Positions 37,901-48,167 of a DNA stretch of 64,000 nucleotides are shown in pieces. Source of the DNA: Paragordius varius (lineage: Eukaryota > Animalia > Nematomorpha); assembly GCA_964247055.1 (NCBI GenBank), contig OZ176052.1, positions 6,634,001-6,698,000 of the forward strand, in the 5' to 3' direction. The position numbers and the translations under genes were made by a program. Under the pieces are notes generated by a model, which worked only from the letters and a program-made list of their open reading frames with translations, did no database searches and had not been told where the DNA came from. Position 1 is the stretch's first letter. Each line of letters begins with the position of its first letter.

Positions 37901-40900
37901 GAAAAGCCAGAATACTAAAGTTTTTATTAACCATGTCTTTGCATTTTTAATTATACTTTATAATTATTTATTGACGGTTTTTACGATGTGGTTTTGTAAG
38001 ATCACAAAAGAAACGATTGACATATACACTGTGCGGCAAAAATGGGGATCAAAAAAATTAATGAATCATATATCATTCGATTAGGTATAAGCTCAAGATA
38101 CTGAATATCAAAATTATATACGCGATTAAAATAGTAGAAATAATGTTATTTAAATTTTTCTGTTATCAGTCAAAATCAAAAAAATCGCATTTTTTCGCAT
38201 ATTAGGTCAAATAAAATTAAATACAATAGACGAAAAGTGTTAATCAAATTTTACTTGTTTTAATATAGCTTAATCAACAAAGATTTTACATTTTTCGGAG
38301 GGTCCCAGAAAGATTTTCGAGAATGTTATCTAAAAATCGCAGTTGTCGTCATTGAAACATATTCTTAATATGCTGTTAAAGATTTTAATTATTATTAAAA
38401 CAAGAATATAATAACTCTATATGTGTAAATTACCCAATATAACGCCTTCAAAAAAATTTACGCCTTATATAAAAAAGAAATTTTTTTTCGATAATTTGCA
38501 CCAAAGCGGAAGTTGCGTATAATTTTTTCAAAACATCCGTTATATATTATATATATATATATATACTAGCGTAAATCTCGTGCTGCTACGCTTGTGGATT
38601 TTTTCAAACTTTATTTAATAGCTATGATCTCATAGGATTTTCAAAACGGTGCATTCATATTAATATATTGTTTACTGGTGTAAAGGCCCCAAATAGATGG
38701 CTAACGGGAAAAACTGCTATACTATATTTTTACCTTTGTATGGGTAATGTTTTAAGCCTTTATTGAACTCGTATGGCTTCTTAAGTTTTTTAAAAATGAG
38801 CTCCAAAGCCACGCCACTTTTATACGGCGTCTCAGTTTTAAACCGGTAGACCCCTACCCATATGCCTATATGGAAAAAGCGCTAAGAATTTTTTGCTTTT
38901 GTAGGGAAAATATTTGGAATCATTTTTGAGACCATCCTCTCATGGGTTATTCGAAAAAAATACCTCAAAACTAAATAATCTTTATATGATGGCGTATTTT
39001 TTAGGGCATAAAGGGCCCAAATTAACAGCTAATAAAAAAGGCCTGACCTTAATTTTTACCTAGTTACGGGTAATATTTCGAACTTTAAATGAGTTCATAT
39101 GGCATAAGTTTTAAATTAGTTCCAAAACAACGCAATATCAATATAGTGGCACAGTTTTTGGCGGCTAGCTTCTTACCCAGAGGCAGGTATAAAAAAGCGT
39201 CGGGCAAAATTTTTGTCTTTATATGGAGATCTGGAATTATAATGTCCATATGTTCCTATAAGTTCGAAATATTGCTTTAAAACCAAAAAATTGTTCTATG
39301 TCGGCGAAATTTTCAGGGCGTAAAACTTTTCTTATCGACTCATTGAAATAACCCCCTATACTAAAATATTTGTTTTTTAAGGGGTAAATATTTTAGGCCC
39401 TTATTAAACTCACATAGTATCATATGTTTTCTGAAATTTGGCTCCAAAGGCATGCTGTATCGATATAGTGACGCATTTTTACGCGGTTAGCCCTCTACTC
39501 AGAGCCCATTTAACCGCTAATTTAAAAAACTGGGGACCTAATTCAAAAAAGGGCGAAGCTATTGTCGGGGCATTCATTAATGATTATATTTTTTCGACAT
39601 TTGGATTTAAATGGGTCTACCGGTTTTCCGGAAACAGTTCACAAAGCCACCACTTTCCATTTTTATAAATATATAGATTATAAATAGTTTTTTCCATGCA
39701 ATTCAATGCAGAAAAAAAGATTTATCATCTTAAATTTTTATTTAGTGAATTTTACCCGAAAATCTTGATTATATATTTTTGGCGCCATTTTGACTTTTAT
39801 ATCGGCTTTAGGGCTTAAATTTCCCCAAATTAAAAAACTCAGCGATAGATCTTTTTTCTGCATCCAATTGTATGGAAAATATAATGATATATACCTGCTT
39901 TGCTATAATTATCGAAAATTTTCTTTTTTTAAGGTTTATTTTTTTGAACGTGATATATTGGTCAATTTATGATAAAGTAAATATATGATTGCTTAAATAA
40001 AAATTAAAACCTTTTATCGCATATTAATAAGTTTTTATGATTCAAATTTGGCGACAAAGTGCGATTTTTTAGCTAATATTCTTGAAAATCTTTCTGGACC
40101 CTCCGAAAAAATTTAAAATCTTTGTTGATAATATTTTGTGTTTAGAATTATCCTTATGCTCTTTAACACTTCCATTATTGGATTTAAATACCCTAGACTA
40201 GATTTGAATTAGGATTTTTTAAAAACTACTAAAGAAAACGGCAATTTAAATTTATGCTTCTATCCTAATATAAATTATATTAATATGCCAAAATATCTAA
40301 ATAAAATTTTGTTTTGAAAAAAAAGTTCCATGTCAAACTACTTCGACGCCATTTTTATTTAAATTTTTGCAAAATATCGTCTTCATTTAATTTTAAGGGT
40401 AAAATTAAAGCTATTTTTTATTTAAATTACATCTAACATTGATAAAAATAGAAAAAGCGGTTAATTTTGTATTATTTTCAATTTCACCATTGCACACATG
40501 TCACGTTGACTAAATTTTTACCTTTCGGTTTTAGATTAAAATAAGTAAAATCAAGTATTTTTGAAATTTTTTTATATATTTCGGTTTATTTTATATAAGT
40601 GCAAAGAAATTTTTTTATATATTTCGGTTTATTTTATATAAGTGCAAAATTTTGCCATGGTTTTGATTCCTTTTATATTTTTCAAGGAACTTAACTTTAA
40701 ACAGGCCTGGAGTATTTAACTACCCCAATTTGAATCAAAGGATTAAAATGAATGTGTTTTATCCAAGTGTTAAAACATAGAAAATTTAGTTGACACATTT
40801 TATTCTATTGTTTTTTAATTTGACCTAATATGCGAAAAAATGCGATTTTTTGATTTTGGCTAATAACAGAAAAATTAAAGCATTTCAATAATTATTATCC

Positions 40901-42489
40901 TAGGGATTTTAGCTATCGAATGATATATAATTCATTAACATTTATTTTTTGCTGCGTACCATGCATGGTAAAGATAATATCAATAGTTTTGTAAAATAAT
41001 ATTTTTTGTTAATTACAATTATATGATATAGTAAGTAGATTTAATTTTATTAAATCAAAAGTTCCAATTTTTGAGTAGCATTACAGTGGCTATAATTAAT
41101 TAGTTTGCAGTATTTGCAATCAAATATCAATTCGGTCGTTATGCTCAACTTATCAGTTTTAACAAATCTTTTCATGATAAATATATTGTAAAAAATTGTT
41201 ACACAAATAACTTACAAACAAACTGTGCTAGTTTTATGAATCCCTAAAATTTTGGGTTCAAAAAATTATCAATAATCGGCAGCTTCTTGAGTGAATTTTT
41301 TTAATATATTGAGTACCTCGCACATAAACTGAACATATTTTAAATTTCGCCAAGGTTAAACCAAAAATTGATATATTATTATAATTAAATGGCTGTTTAT
41401 TGTATTAATTTTTTTATTAATAGATATGATTTAACAGGGGATACACATGGGCATTTATCTGTATTTGTCCCTAATTTACCTTTATACCCCGATAACATAA
41501 AGTTCACACCGCATGGCTATTCATTCTGGGTAACTGCAGCAGCTCTGAGAGCACAGGGATACTTTTCATTTTTAGATTCGTATGCTAGCCGTCCCCAACT
41601 AAAGCGATATCTTTTTAAAGTAATTTTGATAATATTCATCTGACTCAATCTAAAAAATAATAGAAAATGGTTTTTAATTGGTTATTATAATTTCCGTGTG
41701 CCGGTTTGGAAAATGTTTTTTTGATTTTCATAGTTTGGTGGTAAACTTAACAGCTTTTAAACAGTAAAAGGTTAGATACATTGCATTCAGGGAAAGAAAA
41801 CTAAAAACATTAAAAGGAGTTAACAAGTTTTAATACAAAATACTAATACTCAGTTTTAAAAACAAGCATTTTTAGACAAAACTGAGATTTCAATTACATT
41901 TTCAAACTTTAAAACACAATTTTATGCGATAAGATCTACTTTTAATTGTATAGAAAAAATTTTCGCATTAAGCTTTAGTTAATTTATATTGCTAATATTT
42001 CAAAAAATAACCTAAACTATGTTGATTATATTGATTTATATTATTCGAAAAATGTTCATAAACAGCTAACTGCTTAAAATTAATTTTTAGTTTATTTTCC
42101 TTATATGCCATGTTAACTCTTTTTTCTGATTTTAAAAACGACTGATGAGTTTTATTCCAGAAAAAAAATAATCTTTTTTTAACTTTAAATTGGCACACTA
42201 TGATACATGTATACTATATAATATAATAATATCTTTTAATCCTTCTATTTTAATAATTTAGTTTTTATCCCCAAATTTTCTGTCCCGATATTTGCGAAAA
42301 TATGGTTTGATTTTGGAAATTGACACGGAAACTGGAAATATTACACGATCCCTGCATGATCCTTCGGGAAAACATGTGTATGAAACTAGTGAAGCCTTTC
42401 AACATAACAATATTTTATATATTGGATCGTTTGAGGCACCATTTTACTCAACATTAAATTTATCTCAGTATTCAAATAATAATAGATAA
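32000..42489 (+). CDS. APMAP: APMAP/hemomucin-like strictosidine-synthase-family six-bladed beta-propeller protein with N-terminal signal anchor. Exons 32000-32112, 34493-34611, 35327-35419, 35963-36082, 36986-37154, 37785-37919, 41424-41619, 42262-42489
   Basis: The spliced frame is open and all junctions are GT-AG. It has a hydrophobic N-terminus and family motifs GPES, CGRPLGL, IYVADAYLGI, IYFTSSS, FPNGL..N..EDFLLISETG..RI, NLP.YPDNI, LHDPSG and LYIGSF. Confidence 0.9.
32304..33433. mobile_element. hAT-superfamily non-autonomous element, 1130 bp including a nested MITE
   Basis: TIRs CAGGGCTTGGAGAAC / GTTCCAAGCCCTG. Perfect 8-bp TSD CTTTAAAC at 32296-32303 and 33434-33441. Many subterminal AACCG(G) motifs. 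Confidence 0.9.
32683..33172. mobile_element. piggyBac-like MITE nested in the hAT element
   Basis: TTAA at 32679-82 and 33173-76. TIRs CACTCCATTAC / GTAATGGAATG. Homologous to 15946-16440. Confidence 0.8.
34921..35208. mobile_element. hAT-like MITE; related ends at about 19855 and 45843-46026
   Basis: CAGGGGTTTTCAAC ... GTTGGACACCTCTG termini. Only an imperfect TTAAAG-type target duplication. Confidence 0.6.
38566..39677 (-). mobile_element. Non-autonomous Helitron, copy C (1112 bp)
   Basis: Reverse-complement termini: plus strand A|CTAGCGTAAATCTCGTGCTGCTACGC ... TTTTATAAATATATAGA|T. Same internal units as copies A and B. Confidence 0.88.
40167..40742. mobile_element. piggyBac-like MITE, second family
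   Basis: TTAA|CACTTCC... and ...TACCCCAATTTGAATCAAAGGA|TTAA. Collinear with 46611-47147. Confidence 0.7.
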
Positions 42490-43502
42490 TATTATTTATA
42501 TATATATAATACTCACCTTTGTGTTGAAGTATAATTATATAAACAAATATTCAAATATATATCTTCATAAAATTTAGTGTCATTAGTTAGCAAAGAGATA
42601 CCAAGGCAGTTTAATTTATATTTCAATACTTATTGGAATTCACATAGAGTTACTTAAAAAATAATCAGCTCTTCCTATACCACAAGCACTATAACAACTA
42701 AAAAAGCATCAGATTCATTCATAATGATAATATTTGGATAATATTGTAAATTATTAAAGATAAAATTTAACTTTATTGCCGGTTAAAGTTACCTAATATT
42801 AATTCTCAGACATTATTCGTTCGATATGGGCAAAATAGATTATTGACTAATCATTTTAGTTTATTCATAATATTTTAATTTAACTCTCATTAATAGATCA
42901 GATCTGAATTTAAGTCTGTATTGTATTCTTTCAATTTATAAAAAAAGTTAAACCAATCAAGCTTTTTATTAGATTTTGTGCCTGATTAGGTATCTAACCT
43001 CTCTCGAATCAATGTTGCACCTTGGTTTAAAGCATAAAATGGTTTTCAATCCGCATTGAGTATATTTCGTAGCACAACTAATATGTTAAAGATTTAAAAT
43101 TAGTTGCCGTTAACCATGAAAGGGGTTTTATTAATTATTCATATAAGGAATTGTTAGACATTGCTTTATTTTTTGCAAAAACGTATTCAAACCCTTTTTA
43201 TGTAATGTGCTTAAATTAATGCCCGCGATTTCGATATAATTTATATTGTAGTGTGAGTTACATTATTATAAATTATAAATGTTGCCAAGTGAAATCAAGG
43301 TAACCTTCATTCATTTCATTTATTATTAATATGGTGTGAATTCTGAATCCAATTTATATTATTGGGTAAATTTATGGCATCGCCCACATCATAGCGCTTC
43401 CAAATGTAATTGGCTTAAAGAAAAATAAATTATTTATAAGGTTAGTTATTGATAGTTTATTTGCGGAGTATTTTTTTATTTAACACTGATTTTTTTGTTG
43501 AT

Positions 43503-44636
43503 ATGAATAGCAGTCAGCATCCTTCAAACGTTACCGATTTCCATTTTATTTTTTCGAGAAACACGGTATCTTTAGTTTTGACCCCGATATCCGTCATAGG
43601 ATACATTATCCTAATTTTAGCCCTGAATAGTAAATCATTGAATTTGCTAAAAATGTATACCTCTTTCCAAATATCTTACCGAATATATATTACATTAATT
43701 TCCGTATGTAATATGATATTTTTGGTCCTTAAATGCATAATATATATGATGGACGCATCCAGTTGGATGTATGAAAATGCAATTCCATGGCGTTTTCTCA
43801 TAAGTAAAACCATCTTTTACCCAATTTATGGAATCAATAATTACATTTTATTAGTCATTTGTTTTGATATTTATTTTGCGTTGAAAGAGCCTTCGTTTTA
43901 TAAACCCGTTATGTCATCACCTACCACAAGTTTTTTATTATCCAGCATAGTTGTCATTGTGAATTTTGTCCTTGCCATACCATTCTATTTTAATTCCAAG
44001 CCATTTTGGCCAATCATTTTGACGTTTAGTTCTACCACATTTTATCACGAATATTTTTTTATCATGTACCAAATAATTGCACTAGTTTTTTATTTCTGGA
44101 TCCCGGATAGCTGTATACTTTTCATTAGTCTGTATCTATGTATCCTTAGCCAATCTTGCCAAAAATTTGGTAAAAAAATTATGCCAATACGCTATATAAG
44201 GGTAACAAAAGCAGCTCTTTCCTTCACTAAAGAGGTCAGATCATCTCCTACATGTGCTACAAATCAACTAAATAATTCTTGTATAGGCATAGGTAATACA
44301 ATCCCTACTCACTCAAATGCTATAAATCATAAGGATATGAACCGTAGAACGGTAATGAAACAGCGTGTAAAACAATTACAAAACATTTTATTGTTTGTGA
44401 CGATTGTCGCGCTAATACAAATTCTTGCATCCCTACCATGGATAATAATAGGTGAGCATTACAGACAAAAAGGTAATTATCGAGTGGCTAAGTATGCCCA
44501 CATAGTCATTGGAGTCTTTATCATGGCTCAATTCCATTTCCTACCCTTCATCATCCTGTTTGGGAATGGGAGCCGATGTCGAATACTTAAAAGCCAAATA
44601 AAAAAAATTTATGTAACGCTTTTGAATTGTTTGTAA
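43503..44636 (+). CDS. Intronless, divergent rhodopsin-class (class A-like) 7TM receptor, orphan
   Basis: Single ORF of 377 aa from ATG 43503, with N-terminal N-glycosylation sequons (NSS, NVT) and seven hydrophobic segments. It has CFDIYFAL at the DRY position, LAIPFYF in TM4, FWIPD in TM5, SLPW in TM6 and a long third intracellular loop. Confidence 0.75.
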   Translation: MNSSQHPSNVTDFHFIFSRNTVSLVLTPISVIGYIILILALNSKSLNLLKMYTSFQISYRIYITLISVCNMIFLVLKCIIYMMDASSWMYENAIPWRFLISKTIFYPIYGINNYILLVICFDIYFALKEPSFYKPVMSSPTTSFLLSSIVVIVNFVLAIPFYFNSKPFWPIILTFSSTTFYHEYFFIMYQIIALVFYFWIPDSCILFISLYLCILSQSCQKFGKKIMPIRYIRVTKAALSFTKEVRSSPTCATNQLNNSCIGIGNTIPTHSNAINHKDMNRRTVMKQRVKQLQNILLFVTIVALIQILASLPWIIIGEHYRQKGNYRVAKYAHIVIGVFIMAQFHFLPFIILFGNGSRCRILKSQIKKIYVTLLNCL

Positions 44637-44789
44637 ATATTTTAAAGCACCAATTATTCAATTCATATAATATTAATTTAATTTGAGATATTATTGAACA
44701 ACTTAATTTTAAATACTTAATTTGTCAGTCATAATGTACTACCATTTATACCTCAAACTGACACTTGAACACATCAAATCATCCTAGAC

Positions 44790-44980
44790 ATTTCAAATTC
44801 ACCCAAAAAATAGATTATGTTTGGGATTAAAATTACCTATATTTTTTTATTTTAAAAATGAAGATTTTGTATAACACAGAAAAAATTAATAAACTATGCC
44901 ATAAAATAAATTTTATATAATTAATGAGTGAGATTAGCCTAAAAATTAATTTATTTTTAGGGTAAATTCAAAAGTGTAAA
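44790..44980 (+). repeat. Dispersed repeat family, with further copies at about 49500-49770 (inverted) and 50990-51200
   Basis: Shared blocks AAAATTACCTATATTTTT, AATAAACTATGCCATAAA and AATTTATTTTTAGG.TGAATT. Confidence 0.7.
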
Positions 44981-46610
44981 ATCTTCAAGGGTAGTTTGAA
45001 GTGTTCAGTGTTAGATGAATTTGTGGTGTAAATGGTATATATTGCTGTTTACTAAATTTTATATTGATACATTCATATATTATTGATTTGTGAATCCTTT
45101 TTTTTCTAAAAAACAACAATACAACTACTGAAACTATGATGAAAATCGTCTAAAGTTATTAGTTAAAATGAGAAATCAGGTTGGCTCTGCTAAGATCGGT
45201 TATTACATGGTGAGCACTAAAAATTATCTTTATGAAACATATTAACAAATGAATTTTAGCTGATATTTTTTCATATAATAAATACAGTTATTCTTGTTCG
45301 ACTAAATGTGCGTATAAAATGATGATTATTTCTAAGAGCAAATAATAACTATTCTTTACCCATTTTTTCTATATCCTGTAAGGGTTTGAGCAATCGGATT
45401 AATAACCATTTATATTTTGATACCCTTTTTCATCGTCCATTGTTATCGGAGGAATGACAGTGCTTTGAGTTATGGCCCAATAATCCAATATAAAGTTTTA
45501 GGGGAACAAACTTGACACTAAAATATAGGCCATAATTTTTTACCTTTTAAGATATTTTTAAGGAATTCTTTTAAAATATTCACTAGAGGAATGACGGTAA
45601 ATGCGAAAAAAATGGGTAGGAAAAATTAAGAATGTGCACCATTTTTTTCCGTTTTTTCTAACTTTTATTATATTATATTCAAAAAGTGGTTCTATAATAT
45701 AAGTGACATTTTAATGAGATGTTGAGTATATTATTTGGAACATTAAAAATATATTCAAAAATTTAATCCATTGGTTCAGATTTTGGCTCTTTAGGATATA
45801 ATTTACTTTCTCAATCATTAAAATGTTGAGTGTCCTATGGGTCAGGGGTGTCTGAAACAAATATCTTCGCTGTGCTCTGATGATTGTTTTTTCTTTATTT
45901 TGAACTTAATTTTGGACGATTTATCTTTGAAATAATCATAAATTCTTGATTGAAAAATTTTTTATTTTTTAAATATTTTTAAAGCACTTTTGCATGCCAA
46001 AAAAACGTGTTGGACATACATCCCTGCTTTAAGCTGTATACATCAGTTGTTTTGAAATCTGATTTAAGAAGCTAATCTCCTCGTAGATCCCACAAAACTT
46101 AATGGAATTTTTGCTTTGGTTAAATATACCTATGACATAGGTTTGTAATATAAATATAAAACAATGAGATATATTCTGGCAATAATAATTAGGATACCAT
46201 AGAATTGAAAAATAATAGGGAGCGGTTATCCTGCGGTTTTTGGTCGCATTAACCTTTTACGTAAAATTAATGTTTCTTTCAGTGTTTTTTCACAATAAAT
46301 AATTTTAGAAAAATAATTTAAAATTAGTTAAATATTATGTGCCGATGACAATATTCTTGCACAATATTATTTCGGTTTTGAGAGTGATAGTTGGCTCAAT
46401 TTATACATCACAGCATTTGATTAATCACAAAAATATCCATAATATTAAGCCCTTACTTTAATTACTATTTTATTTTTGGAGAAAATTATATTGTGGAGAA
46501 TCGACAGATCTTAAACTTGTAAATACTGCAGTTCTGAAAAGTGTTTTGGTTTAAATTTAAAAATAAACATAGTTTTCCTGTATTAGATAAATTACATTTT
46601 TCGAGTTTAA

Positions 46611-47147
46611 CACTTCGATTCAAATTGGGGTATCTAAATACCTTAGACTATATTTAAGTTGAAATTTTTTAAAAAACTACTGAAAGAAACGATCCCAATT
46701 TAAATTTATGCTTCTATCATAATAAAAATTATATAAATAAGCCGAAATATCTGAATAAAATTTGGTTTTGAAAAAAAAGTTCCACATCAAACTACTTAGA
46801 AGCCATTTTTATTTTACAACATTTTTGCAAAATATCGTGTTTTGAGTTTTAAAGCTAAAATGGTAGCTAAATTTTTTTAATCACATCTAACATTGAGAAA
46901 AGAAAAAGTGGTTTATTGTAATATTTTTAAATTTAGCTAATGCATACATGTCATGTTGACTAAATTTTACTTTGGGTTTTACATTAAAATAAGTAATATA
47001 AGTATTTTGAAAAAAATTTTTATATATTCCGGTTTATTAATGTTATATAAGTGCAAAATGCGATGGTTTCTACTCCTTGCATAATGTTAAAGTATTTTAT
47101 TTTAAATAGGCCTGGGGTATCCAACTACCCCAATTTGAATCGAAGTA
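46611..47147. mobile_element. piggyBac-like MITE, second family
   Basis: TTAA at 46607-10. TIRs CACTTCGATTCAAATTGGGGTA / TACCCCAATTTGAATCGAAGT. Confidence 0.75.
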
Positions 47148-48167
47148 CTACAATGAATGTGTTGTATCCAATTAACGTCCAACATATAAACAGCAAAACC
47201 AGGTTGAAAGCGAAGCAGATTTAAAAATAAATAAATATAAATGCTGATATAATATACCAAAGCTTTCTAATGTATATTTAACTTTTTATAATTTTGATTT
47301 TCTCGATGGCATTTTGGGGTAGTTTATTAACAGCTTAACGTAGTCAAACTACTGTTTTGTGTTGGTTTAAAATTTAATTATCGACCCTCATACCTTGCAA
47401 AAAAACCAATATTTATTTTTTGACTTCCATAGCTAATTTGAATATATTAACATGATAGAAGCAAAGAACTAATATTAAAATCAATAGATATTAATATGCT
47501 GTAATTTGAAGCTTATCAAATTTATTATATTTTAATAATAATATCTTTTATTGGCATGTCGTAAAATTAAAAATATATAAAATGGTGGCAAAAAAGGTTA
47601 AAATGAGGGTTTTTAAAAAATATGTCTCATGCGCAAAAACTTGAAAGAAAGTATATAGATTTGGCCATGCTAAAATTTTAATTTAATATTTAAATTATAA
47701 TTGGAATTGGGGTATAACTACCCCCAATAAGTCACGGACTTTTAATCATAATATATATTAACTTTAAAATTTAAAAATATAAAAATGGCAGCAAAATTAA
47801 TTTGAAATTTTTCTACCCATTTTTTGTCGAATATTGAATATAAATCAGCTCTGTTTTAGGCTTGGAAACTTTTCATAATGTTAAAATTCAGAAATTTATA
47901 AAAATATAATATTTGTAAATATAATTTGGTTTGATATTGCAAATTAATACATTACGAACTAAATATATTTTTAGATGTACTCCGTGACCCTATTTTTAAA
48001 TTTATTTCTTTTCTTTACCTATAAAAATTACTCTAAATCGTAAATATATTATAGTTATAAAATTGTTATTATATAATGTTAATCCGGCTTATCAAAATAT
48101 TCAAACAATGTCAAGTATTTTTACAAATATAAAACATTAAAAACACCTTCAAAGTTTGGTGTTACGC

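Larger units (their letters stand above)
38027..40960. mobile_element. Long-TIR fold-back element (possibly Tc1/mariner-derived) in APMAP intron 6, interrupted by two nested elements
   Basis: 38030-38240 is the reverse complement of 40780-40960, and 38240-38510 of about 39860-40130. The left end reads TA|CACTGTGCGGCAAAAA. Confidence 0.65.
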
